DNA from: Armatimonadia bacterium
GTDB lineage: Bacteria > Armatimonadota > Zipacnadia > Zipacnadales > UBA11051
Reading direction: 5' to 3'
DNA length: 25,899 bases
Assembly (NCBI GenBank): GCA_039683575.1
Contig: JBDKRC010000314.1
Location: 1 to 25,899, forward strand
How positions within the stretch are numbered: position 1 is the stretch's first letter; every line of letters starts with the position of its first letter. This document shows positions 8,450-17,662 of the stretch, in pieces. A model generated the notes under the pieces. That model searched no databases. It was not told the origin of the DNA and saw only the letters and a list, made by a program, of their open reading frames with translations. Made by a program: the position numbers and the translations under genes.

Positions 8450-11296
8450 CTACTGAGCCGCAGGGCCTTCTTCCGGCGTCACACAGACGTCGTCAATCTC
8501 CATCTGGCCATCGAGGTGCAGCGCGAGCCTTAGGATGCGGTCGTCGGTGCAGGCTTGGGAGGCCTCCACGGCGGTCCATTGCGGGGCGTCGAGCTTGAGA
8601 TCCTTGAGCACGACCGTTCCAGTGTGCTTGTTCGTCTTCCGGTCGTATTGGAAGGTCGATACCCAGAGGCTGCCCGTGCCGCGGGCCTTGAGCTGAAGGC
8701 GCAGGTTGCCTCGGAAGTCAGCCGGTATGGCGATGAGCTGGAAGATCCAGCCCCGGCCCCGGTAGAAGCGTTTGCCGGAGGCGGCATCACCGGTGACGAC
8801 CGAGGCCGTGCCTTTCTCGGTGAAGGACCAGCGGGCGGGCGCAAGGTCGTCGGCGAACTGCCAGCCAGCCTGCTTCATGCTTTCGGGGGCTTTGACTGTG
8901 TCCTCGAAGTCGCCGTTGTTGATGAGGGGAGTGCCGCCGAATACGAGGGGGCGGTACGCATCCAGGCCGTGGAAGGAGCCGTTGCTCCAGGAACTGGCCT
9001 GGCTGGGCGTGTCATCGTTGAGCTTGCGGCTGCGACCGACGTTGACCTTCCAGGTCTCGCCGTCGCGGATGGTCCGGCCCAAGGCAGTGGTCGGGACTCT
9101 GGCTTCGACGATCCAGCGGTCAGCGAGGATGGCGGTCTTGACCTCGGCGCCGGCGTCGAAGGCGAGGTCGGCCGAGGTTGCGGAGGCGTTCAGGGCGTCG
9201 TAGACGGTGCCACGGGGGTTGACGGCGATCTGGCAGTAGCGGCCGTTCATCCCGGGAGCCACGAGGAAGAATTCCACGGTGCTGTCACGGAATAGCGTAA
9301 CCTCGTCACGCTGGGCGCACTGGGCCTTGAGTTGGGCCGGATCGGGCTCCATGGCCTCCACGGCGAAGTAGAGGTTGCTCTCGTCGTAGAGCACTTTCAC
9401 GTACGTCTGGGGGTTCGCAACCGGGCCATCGTTGGCGATGAAGTTGGTGGTAATTTCGGCCTGCTTCCAGTCCGCGTCGTCCAGCTTACCGTCAATCGCC
9501 AGGGGGCCGTTGCGACGGGCGGCGTGGGTCTCTCGGGGGCGGGTGGCGAGGTACTTGTCGTGTGCTTCCACCCAACTCCACGTGAGATAGTCACGATCGC
9601 GCTGGATGCGGCGGGGAATTAGCGGGGCGCCCGCAGCGGCCTTGTCGGCCTGGGCGAGGAGGCTTTCCAGCCGGACCTGGGAGTTGGGCCACTCGAGGCA
9701 AGTGCCCAGCCCTCCAGCGCCGTAGATGATGTCGCCGGGCGTTTCCTCATAGATGCGGACGAGGAGTTCCCGGTACTGCTTCATCGCCGGCCAGGCGGGG
9801 CCGTAATAGCGCGAGCCCATATCCTCGACGGCCTTGTCGTAGTCGGTGTTGATGTCCCAGCCGGTAAGGGCGGCGAGGTAGACGGACGGCCATTGCGCAT
9901 ACCATGAGTGCAGCGTCTGGCGGTTGTTCCAGACCGGGCCGAACTTGCCATCAGGCGGGGCGATGGGGAGGCGGAAGCCGGCCATTCCGAGCTTGTGGTA
10001 GTAGCGCAGATCGCGGCAGTAGACACGTTCATAGGGCACGTACGGAGGATCGCCGGGGAAGACTTCGTTGTATTCGCGGGCCGTGACGACGTGGCCGAGC
10101 TTGCACCAGGAAGAGAGCATGTCGCGGAACCTGGCGTTGGCGAGGCACTTCTCATCGTCGAGACTGTGGCGGTAGCAGCGGTGGTGCACGCAGGCTTCGA
10201 GCGACAGGCGCTTGTCGAGGGTTACGCCGGTGGGCGGCATCTGGTAGTTCTGGTAAGCCCAGGCCCAGAGGTTGGCGTCCGGGTGGCTGGCGTAGACCCG
10301 GGCGGCGATTTCATTGACGAAGGTGCAGTAGCGGGTGCTGATGATGCCCTTCTTCTTCTCATCGGGAGGATCGAGGCGGGTACATTCGTCGCAGTGGCAC
10401 CAGTCCGTGGCGTCGTTGTTGCCGATCAGGTAGCGCCCGCCCTCGGGGGCGTTGTCGAGCACCTTCATGATGCCTTCGGCCATGATGTCGGCGACGTGGG
10501 GGTTGGAGGTGCAGGGCTGGTAGCGGCCCTGCTGGGGTATCCGCTTGCCGTCGAACAGCCCGAAGTATTCGGGGTGCTCGTCGATCAGCTTGTCGCTGAG
10601 CAGGTAGGCGAAGCAGTGGCCGCCGTCTTCGGTGTGGACGCCGCGCTTGTCGACCTCGGCCTTGACCTGTGAGTAGACGTGCTTAGAGACGTGGATCGGC
10701 ATGCCATTTCTGACCATCCAGTCCCACGTGTCGGTGGTCAGCGAGTTGACGTTGGCACAGACGAAGCTGATATCACGGTAGCGGAAGCTGGGGTTGCTGA
10801 CAGTTAGTTGCCCGGGGACCTTGATCGTGGCTTTGTGGGGGCAGTACTCACCGTCGGGGCCGGGGTAGAACCACCGCATGCCGGCGTAGCGCTTCAGGAC
10901 GTCGTAGGTGCCGAAGAGCACCCCAACTGGCTCTTTGCTGACTACTTGCAGGCCCGTGTCGCTGACGGCGATGATGAACCCATCGTCACGCAGTTGCCGG
11001 AGGGCCTTCTGAAGCACCGGCGACTTGACGACGCGGTCTTCCTGCGCGGTGCAGAGGTAGATCGGGAACAGGCCCTTGGTGGCGGTGTTGGCTATGGGTA
11101 CGCGGGTGCCGGAGACTTTTCCGAGGAAGGTCGCCAACTCCTCGGCGGCATGCCGCATCGTTGGCGCGGCCTCGTCTGCCATCACGATACAGCTTGTCGG
11201 CTTGCCAGCGCTCACCAGGGCGTACTCTTTCGCACTGGCGGCGACAGGTACGGCGGCGATCAGTGCAAGCAGCCATAGCCTCGTTGCTCTTGCCAT
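8450..11296 (-). CDS. Secreted DUF4838-domain protein with CBM9-like and C-terminal carbohydrate-binding-like domains
   Basis: Signal peptide; GH20/GH67-type N-domain (AAEELATFLGKVSG, DDGFII); PSFRYR, HPEYFGLFDGKR, QPCTSNP, ND..WCHCDEC; CBM9-like IDGKLDDADW..YDESNLYFAVEA..DSTVEFFL; INNGDFE; AAGGAG RBS. Confidence 0.85.
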   Translation of the reverse strand: MARATRLWLLALIAAVPVAASAKEYALVSAGKPTSCIVMADEAAPTMRHAAEELATFLGKVSGTRVPIANTATKGLFPIYLCTAQEDRVVKSPVLQKALRQLRDDGFIIAVSDTGLQVVSKEPVGVLFGTYDVLKRYAGMRWFYPGPDGEYCPHKATIKVPGQLTVSNPSFRYRDISFVCANVNSLTTDTWDWMVRNGMPIHVSKHVYSQVKAEVDKRGVHTEDGGHCFAYLLSDKLIDEHPEYFGLFDGKRIPQQGRYQPCTSNPHVADIMAEGIMKVLDNAPEGGRYLIGNNDATDWCHCDECTRLDPPDEKKKGIISTRYCTFVNEIAARVYASHPDANLWAWAYQNYQMPPTGVTLDKRLSLEACVHHRCYRHSLDDEKCLANARFRDMLSSWCKLGHVVTAREYNEVFPGDPPYVPYERVYCRDLRYYHKLGMAGFRLPIAPPDGKFGPVWNNRQTLHSWYAQWPSVYLAALTGWDINTDYDKAVEDMGSRYYGPAWPAMKQYRELLVRIYEETPGDIIYGAGGLGTCLEWPNSQVRLESLLAQADKAAAGAPLIPRRIQRDRDYLTWSWVEAHDKYLATRPRETHAARRNGPLAIDGKLDDADWKQAEITTNFIANDGPVANPQTYVKVLYDESNLYFAVEAMEPDPAQLKAQCAQRDEVTLFRDSTVEFFLVAPGMNGRYCQIAVNPRGTVYDALNASATSADLAFDAGAEVKTAILADRWIVEARVPTTALGRTIRDGETWKVNVGRSRKLNDDTPSQASSWSNGSFHGLDAYRPLVFGGTPLINNGDFEDTVKAPESMKQAGWQFADDLAPARWSFTEKGTASVVTGDAASGKRFYRGRGWIFQLIAIPADFRGNLRLQLKARGTGSLWVSTFQYDRKTNKHTGTVVLKDLKLDAPQWTAVEASQACTDDRILRLALHLDGQMEIDDVCVTPEEGPAAQ

Positions 11297-11386
11297 TGGG
11301 AGGCTCCTTCAGCGCTGGGACTTCAGCCAAACGACACAACGCATGGTGCGGCATCTTCGCGGTCCGCCGCCGGCAGGCGGGTGGGG

Positions 11387-14300
11387 CTACTTCACCGTGA
11401 AGCTCCCTGTGGCCTGCGCACCGTCCCAGAGGCTCTTCCCCACTATGGTCCACTTGCCAGCCGGGGCGTTGATGGGGAGCTTGAGGGCTCGCTGGCAGGT
11501 GGCGTCCTGGGTGCAGGTCAGCGCGGAGAAGCTCTGGAGCTTCCGGCCATCGGGACCGGTGACGGAGACGTCGAGAAGGTAGTTGCCCCGAATGCTCTTG
11601 CCACCGACCGTGAGACGGTAGTCAACGCTGTCGCCAAGCGCGTAGGTGGTCCTCAGGCCCTCGAGGCGCAGGCCGGCGGGATTCGAGGGGAAGACGCCCA
11701 GGGCGCGGGTCCCGCCCCACGGGCAGGTGAGCTTCATGGCGTACTGCGGCCCGGCCTTGAGGCGTTCCCCGGTTACCATGTCGCGCACGATTGCGCCGGG
11801 GGGCAGATGTGGCAAGGTTACCTGCGTGGTTTCCTGCTTGCTTTCGTGGTTGATGAGCAGGAGCAGCGTGGTGCCCTGCTTCGTCTGGCGCAGGGCTGCC
11901 TCGATGCCTGGAGTGCTGGAGGTTACGTTCGGCAGGCAGCCGTCGTCGGTGGCGGCTTTGCGCAGGGCGCCGAGGATGGCATCGGCGGCACCGTCGGCGT
12001 TGCCACGAACGAGGGCGTCGAGGTAGCAGTCCTTGACCGGGAAGTTGAGCAAGGTGGCGCGGCCCTTGCCGCAGGGGCTGTTGAAGACGAGGGCATCCTT
12101 GCCCCTGGCCTGGTAGCTGCGCCGGCCCCATAGCTGGGCTTTGGTGCCGGGGAAGGGTATGGCGCCTTCCTGCACCTGCGCGGTGCCAGTCACGCCGAAC
12201 AGCGGCTCGAAGACGTTAAGGGGCTGCTTGTTTTCGTCCAGCGAGGGTACTTCATCGGCGACCACTCTGCCGCCGGCTTGCGCCCAGTCGCGGATGGTCT
12301 CGGCGTCCTTGCGCTTGAGCAGGTGGATATCGAACATGACGAGTACCTGGTAGGGCTTGAGGCCGCCTGAGGCCAGTTGCTCCTCGTGTATGCAATCCAG
12401 CTCGCCATAGGCCTGACGGAAGGCTTCGAGCGCGACCATCACGTTCCAGTACTCCTCCTGCAGGAGCACGTACTGGGTGCGAGGGAACAGGAAGGCGGCT
12501 TTGGCGCGGGGGACGGAGCTTCTGGTCAGCAGCGGGGCCATAGCCTTGACCTCTGCCATCGTGCCGCGATAGGTCTCCCACCACGCCGGGTCCTCAGGGA
12601 TGCCCCAGAAGGTGTTCAGATAGTCACAGCCGGCCGCGAGGGAGGTGTAAGTCAACTCGCGAGGTGACCAGGGGAAGCTGCGGCCGGGGGCATCGGGGGC
12701 CAGCTTGTCGCCCCAGCCAGACTCCACCCAGAAGCCGAGCTTCTTGCCGTAGGTGTAGGCGAGGTTGCGCATCTCGGCGAAGGCCATGTGCATTCCGGCG
12801 ATGCGGGGCAGACGGTTCTCCTGGAACTTGCCCCGGCGGAAGTCGGTGGACAGGTAGGGGTAGATATCGTAGTTCACCGAGTCGAAGGGCGCCCCCCAGT
12901 GGAACACGTCATCTACGGCCCAGAAGCCCTTGAAGTCCCGCCCGGCGGCTCCGAAGGTGCAGTGAGAGTCGTGGGTCAGCTCCACCCAGAAGTCCGGGTA
13001 GAGCTTCTTGACCATGGCATAGCTCTGCCGCCAGCCCTGGGCGAAGCAATCACTCCAGAAGTCCACATATTTGAGCCATAGCGCCGGGTCCTGCATGGCC
13101 TGTTCGCGCGTCGGCATGTCTATCCCGTAGCGCCGCTTGAACTCCGCCTGCGCTGGCGGGCGGTTGTCGAAGGTGGCGCCACTGATCTGGAAGGGCTCGT
13201 CCATGTACCCCTGCACGTTCAGCAGCCGTGGGACCTGGCGGCAGGTCTGAACGGCAGCCTCGATCCGGGGGCGAAGAGCCTCTTTGTACTCAGGGGAGAA
13301 TACCGAGAATACCGGCAGCCTGTCGCGATAGAGCAGGCAGAAATCGCCCTGGAAGGAGTAGCTGACCGCCATGCCCTTGCTTTGGGCGAGATCCTCGGCG
13401 AGGTCGTACGGTGAGCCCGGGTTGGCAAACAGCCGGCGGGCGCTGAAAGTCAGGGTATTGAAGCCGTGGGCGATGATGTCGTCGATCTCCCGCTCGATGG
13501 CGGCTTTGTCCGCACTACGCAATTGCGACAGGCGCATGGTAGTCGGGTAGAAGTCGGACAGATCGAGGCGCGGTACGACGGTGAACGGCACTCCGAAGCT
13601 GTCGGCAAGCTTCCCGCCGTCGGTCAGGGTGACCACGAGGCGGTAGTCGCCCTCGGCCAGATCGGGGACTTGATAGGTCCAGCTATAGACGCCATCCTTC
13701 ACCTCCGGCGCGGGGGCCGGCAGTTCTATCCCCCACGGGTCAACGATGGCGGTTTTGAGCGTCTTGCCCGGTGTGACCGTGTCTTTCAGGTTGCCCTGGA
13801 ACTGTATCTTCATCCCGGCCGCCACGACATGCCGGTTGGTGGGGATCGAGAGTGGGTTGGTGACTTCGCAGGCTACGCTGCGGTGGAAGACGGGGTTGCC
13901 CGCGGTGTCGGTCGCGGTCAGGTCCAGTTCCCACGTACCGTCAGCGCTAGCCTCGCGGGTCTGCTCGCCGGTCCATTGCGCTTTGAGAGTCTGGCCCGCG
14001 CGCATGGGGTATTCACCCACAGCCGTAGCCTTGTCGTTGTGGGTCAGTGTGGCCTTGAACGTGCCGTCTATCGCGGGAGTGATACCCTCGAGCGCGTAGC
14101 TCAGTTGCACGCCGCCGCCGCGGCGGACCGTGGCCGGTGGATAGACGGGGTTGGCAATGGTCACACCTTCTGTCTGGTGCCCGAGCCACAGGATTGAGGT
14201 AGCCAAGAGGTCGTCACAGAGGTCGCTGCTGGCCAAGGCGCTGCCCGGCTGGGCATCCACGAGCACGACGCGCCCCTGGCCGTACTCGCGGCAGAGGACT

Positions 14301-15286
14301 ACGGGGTGGTTGCCAGCGCTTATCAGGACCGTGGCTCCGGCGCGCGGCGTGACGCCGCGCAGGCTGTGGGTCGTGCCAAAGCGGTCGGTGAGGGCATTGA
14401 GGATGGGATGCGGCGCGTGGAATTCGACATGCCCTTCCACAGTGACAGGCCGGTCGTAGATCCGGGTGTACTTGACCATCGGTGTGATGTCGGTTGCGGG
14501 GCCCCACTTGCCGTCGTCGTAGTCTACGCTGCTCCAACCGGGCTCCTCGGGAATGTGGAACTTCCAGGTCTTGTCGCTGACGATCAGGTCTTTCGTGCCG
14601 TCCTGGTATTCGATGCCGATCTGCGCGAAGAACCCGCCCTTGCCGTCCACGTTGCGGCCCTTGAAGGCCAACGTGTTCTTGCCCTGCCGCAGCTTCCCCG
14701 TGAGGTCCCATAGCTCGTGGTCGAACCAACTCCAGTGGTAGCCAACCTCTTCACCGTTGAGATAGGCCCAGTAGAGGTTATCGGCGGTGCAGCGCACGAA
14801 GGCGCGCTTGACCGGCTTGGTGATCTCGAAGCTCTTGCGGATGTAGCGGATGTGATCGGCCGTTTCGCCCGGCTGGGTGTCGATCCACAGCCAGTCGCCT
14901 GAATCATCGGGGAATAGGTCGGCGGCCGGGACATCAGCCGGAGCGGCTGCTCCCAGCACACGCCAGAGCGCGGCGGTGCGGGGCAGGGAATCGGGCAGCC
15001 CGGCGACGAGGATGCTGCCGCCGCGGCTCACGAACTCGTCGAGGGTTTTCAGTCCGGCCGGGAGCTTGCTCAGGTCCGAGCCGCCGTCGAGTACGATGAC
15101 GCCACCGAGGGGCGGCTGCGACAGTTCGGTCGGGGGCAATACCTGTACGCGCCCGCGCAGGCCCGCCAGTGCCTTGCCCACGGGCAGGATGGAGCCGCCT
15201 GCCGTGAGGTCCACGACAGGGATTGGTGCGGCCCAGGCCAGACTGACCAGAGAAACGAGCACTATCGCTGCAAGAGTGGTGCGCAC
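11387..15286 (-). CDS. Large secreted GH42/beta-galactosidase-like multidomain protein
   Basis: GTG start with GGAGG RBS and signal peptide. Rhamnosidase-N-like lectin domain (YIRKSF, TADNLY..YLNG, VSDKTWK); TIM-barrel region (AHGFNT, YMDEP); trimerization-like domain (LKPYQVLVM..QAGGRVVAD..LFGV); Ig-like C-terminus (NAPAGKWTI). Confidence 0.7.
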   Translation of the reverse strand: MRTTLAAIVLVSLVSLAWAAPIPVVDLTAGGSILPVGKALAGLRGRVQVLPPTELSQPPLGGVIVLDGGSDLSKLPAGLKTLDEFVSRGGSILVAGLPDSLPRTAALWRVLGAAAPADVPAADLFPDDSGDWLWIDTQPGETADHIRYIRKSFEITKPVKRAFVRCTADNLYWAYLNGEEVGYHWSWFDHELWDLTGKLRQGKNTLAFKGRNVDGKGGFFAQIGIEYQDGTKDLIVSDKTWKFHIPEEPGWSSVDYDDGKWGPATDITPMVKYTRIYDRPVTVEGHVEFHAPHPILNALTDRFGTTHSLRGVTPRAGATVLISAGNHPVVLCREYGQGRVVLVDAQPGSALASSDLCDDLLATSILWLGHQTEGVTIANPVYPPATVRRGGGVQLSYALEGITPAIDGTFKATLTHNDKATAVGEYPMRAGQTLKAQWTGEQTREASADGTWELDLTATDTAGNPVFHRSVACEVTNPLSIPTNRHVVAAGMKIQFQGNLKDTVTPGKTLKTAIVDPWGIELPAPAPEVKDGVYSWTYQVPDLAEGDYRLVVTLTDGGKLADSFGVPFTVVPRLDLSDFYPTTMRLSQLRSADKAAIEREIDDIIAHGFNTLTFSARRLFANPGSPYDLAEDLAQSKGMAVSYSFQGDFCLLYRDRLPVFSVFSPEYKEALRPRIEAAVQTCRQVPRLLNVQGYMDEPFQISGATFDNRPPAQAEFKRRYGIDMPTREQAMQDPALWLKYVDFWSDCFAQGWRQSYAMVKKLYPDFWVELTHDSHCTFGAAGRDFKGFWAVDDVFHWGAPFDSVNYDIYPYLSTDFRRGKFQENRLPRIAGMHMAFAEMRNLAYTYGKKLGFWVESGWGDKLAPDAPGRSFPWSPRELTYTSLAAGCDYLNTFWGIPEDPAWWETYRGTMAEVKAMAPLLTRSSVPRAKAAFLFPRTQYVLLQEEYWNVMVALEAFRQAYGELDCIHEEQLASGGLKPYQVLVMFDIHLLKRKDAETIRDWAQAGGRVVADEVPSLDENKQPLNVFEPLFGVTGTAQVQEGAIPFPGTKAQLWGRRSYQARGKDALVFNSPCGKGRATLLNFPVKDCYLDALVRGNADGAADAILGALRKAATDDGCLPNVTSSTPGIEAALRQTKQGTTLLLLINHESKQETTQVTLPHLPPGAIVRDMVTGERLKAGPQYAMKLTCPWGGTRALGVFPSNPAGLRLEGLRTTYALGDSVDYRLTVGGKSIRGNYLLDVSVTGPDGRKLQSFSALTCTQDATCQRALKLPINAPAGKWTIVGKSLWDGAQATGSFTVK

Positions 15287-15334
15287 GGCTGTGTACCTCC
15301 AGTATTGGTCACGCGAGCGGCCCAGGCCGGGTAA

Positions 15335-16693
15335 TCAGAGACCGGCAATCATCTCCACCGTCTGCTCCGCCACGCGCTCGAGGGTGCCCGGCGGCAGCTT
15401 GCCCCAGGCTTCGTAGCCGCCGCGCTGGGCAGCGGCGAGTGTGGGCAGATAGCCACATTCGTCGTTGCACTCATGGGCAACCACCACAAGGCGCGACGGG
15501 GACTTGAGCTTCACCTCAAGCTGAGCCTCGACGAACGGTTCGCCGGGCCAGCCGACGATCACGAGGTCGCCCATGCTGATCACCTGGATTTCAAAGTCGT
15601 ACTCGGGGTTGGTGGCCAGCTTGTGGACCTTGTCCAGGTCGCGCAGGGCAAAGACCCACTCCCATTCGATGCTGGTCCTGGCCTCGTCACGGAAGATCGG
15701 CTCGGGGTGCTCGGCGATGAGCCGGCGGGCCGCCTGCTCGGCGTCGGGGGCGGGTTGGTTCCACGGTATCTTGATGATCCGGTTGTCGGTCTGCAGCGGC
15801 ATCGATTCCACCGGCCTCAGCCGGCCGAGTAGCGTGTCTGCAGTCTGGCCCAGCCGCTGCACCATCAGGTCCAGGTTGCTGCCGCCAGCGTACTCCATGT
15901 TGGTGTGGTCTATGGGGCTGATGTTACCGCACGCCCCGTTGAGGCAGCCGACGACGCACTTGTCGCCAAGCTTCTGGCTTACCGCCTCGCTCCACAGGCC
16001 GGGCCAGTCGGCGGAGATGTAGCGGTGCGGATAGCCGTGGATGGGGTGACAGGTATAGTGCAGGAGGGCAGCGACGGGCTCGGCGTTTTCGTTCTCGAAG
16101 AGCATCAGTGAGGCTTCCGGGTCCACTGGCCCCTCGCAGTAGAGTACGTCCTCGTTGCAGTTGCCAGGATGTGTCTTGGCCGTGCCATCCCGCATGATGA
16201 AGCGGCGGTTGAAGGCGCAGCGCCCCTCCAGGGTCCGGGCGAACCTCGCTGTGGCTGGGCCCATCGCCTCTGCCGCCCGGGCAACGCCAGCCATGACCGC
16301 CTCGGTGAAGAGGGTGTTGTAGGCGGGCGTCTCCCCTCTCACCCACCACAGGTCCGGCGTCAGGATGCCCTCAGGGTCGTCAAACATGCCGCCGACCCGG
16401 GCGGCCGAGTGAGACTGGACGCAGTGGATCATGACGTCTTCGAGCCGCGCGCCGATGACCTCAGCGATTTTGGCTCGAATCTGCAGCGAATGGTTGCGGC
16501 TGATGCAGGCCATGTCGCAGGCGACGAGGCAGGCGGTGACGCCTCCGGAGCGCAGGATGATGATCCGGGCGTAAAGCGGGTCCCGGATCTCCTCGACGGG
16601 CCGGTACCGTCCGATGTCCCCGGAGATCTGTGTCCCGAAGTCGGGGGTAATGTCAGCCTTAGCAGCACCCACGAAAAGTTGTGGTGTTGTCAC
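15335..16693 (-). CDS. Neutral/alkaline ceramidase N-terminal-domain-like hydrolase (452 aa), paralog of 2130-3473
   Basis: Start reassigned to GTG at 16693 (AAAGGAGA RBS); GAAKADITP, DPLYAR, ACDM, HYTCHP, SADWPG, LNGACGNI, GWPGEPF, GYLPT motifs. Confidence 0.85.
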   Translation of the reverse strand: MTTPQLFVGAAKADITPDFGTQISGDIGRYRPVEEIRDPLYARIIILRSGGVTACLVACDMACISRNHSLQIRAKIAEVIGARLEDVMIHCVQSHSAARVGGMFDDPEGILTPDLWWVRGETPAYNTLFTEAVMAGVARAAEAMGPATARFARTLEGRCAFNRRFIMRDGTAKTHPGNCNEDVLYCEGPVDPEASLMLFENENAEPVAALLHYTCHPIHGYPHRYISADWPGLWSEAVSQKLGDKCVVGCLNGACGNISPIDHTNMEYAGGSNLDLMVQRLGQTADTLLGRLRPVESMPLQTDNRIIKIPWNQPAPDAEQAARRLIAEHPEPIFRDEARTSIEWEWVFALRDLDKVHKLATNPEYDFEIQVISMGDLVIVGWPGEPFVEAQLEVKLKSPSRLVVVAHECNDECGYLPTLAAAQRGGYEAWGKLPPGTLERVAEQTVEMIAGL

Positions 16694-16754
16694 TGAGCCA
16701 TCTCCTTTGGGCCGCAGGCGCCGCTCTCGCACCAGCGGGGATGAGATCATGGAC

Positions 16755-16782
16755 TTCGCCCGGCAGGTCAATTGCGGGCGAA
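16755..16782. promoter_or_regulatory. Inverted repeat TTCGCCCG-N12-CGGGCGAA in the divergent intergenic region
   Basis: Perfect 8-bp inverted repeat roughly midway between the divergent starts at 16693 (-) and 16832 (+). Confidence 0.5.
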
Positions 16783-16831
16783 CTGGAATTGCTGGGGTGT
16801 ATTTGACCACACAAAGTAGGTGAATCCTCCC

Positions 16832-17662
16832 ATGGCCAAGCGCAATTTCTCGATGATCAACTATTTCAATAAGATGGCGGAGAACTGGGTACCGCTGCTG
16901 ACCTTCCAGGGCTCCACGATGTCGGAGTTCGAGGACTGGCAGGCGAAGGCGAGCGAGAGGTTCTTTGAACTGCTGGGTGATTTCCCCGAGCCGGTGGCTC
17001 CTGAGCCGGAGATCATCTACTCGATTGAAGAAGATGGGATTATCCGCGAACGCGTGATCTTCGATTCTGAGGAGAATATGTCGGTGCCGTGCGTGGTGCT
17101 GCGGCCGACGGATATGAAGGCCGATGGCGACAACGCGGCGATACTGTGCAGCCACGGTCACGGCCCCTATGGCAAGGAGCCCGTCGCCGGCAACAAGTCC
17201 AGCGCTGGCCTGCGTGAGCAGATAGCGGCTCATCAGTACAACTATGGCGAAATCATGGCCCGGGCGGGCTACATGACGCTGTCGCCCGACCTGCGGGTGT
17301 TCGGCGAGAGGGCCGACGGCGGCAACCCCTACCCCGGCCGCGACAGGTGCAACGTGCACTTCCTGCGCGGGGCGATGTGGGGCGTCTACACGCTCATGCT
17401 CAACATCTGGGACATGAAGTGCTGCGTGGACTACCTGCAGTCGCGCGCCGAGGTGGACCCGGAGCGCATCGGCATGATGGGGCTCAGCCAGGGTGGGACG
17501 ATGACGACCTTCGCGACGGCGGCCGAGCCGCGAATCAAGTGCGCCGACATCATCGGCTACCTGATCTCCTGGAAGGGTCTGGCCATCCAGCGCGCCAACT
17601 GGTGCGGCAGCCAGATGGTAGTCAAGTCACCTAACAACAATAGTTGGGGAGTAGCGGCGTAG
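16832..17662 (+). pseudogene. Alpha/beta-hydrolase (acetylxylan esterase/dienelactone hydrolase-like), 3'-truncated
   Basis: AILCSHGHG, PDLRVFGER, VDPERIGMMGLSQGG nucleophile elbow. After ANWCGSQM the codon style changes abruptly at about 17619 and the frame ends with no His after the nucleophile. ATG 16832 has AGGTGA upstream. Confidence 0.8.

Noticed and set aside
16694..17359. N-terminal 222 aa of the 674-aa minus ORF
   Set aside because: Antisense to the hydrolase and the intergenic region; the RBS and family start are at 16693.
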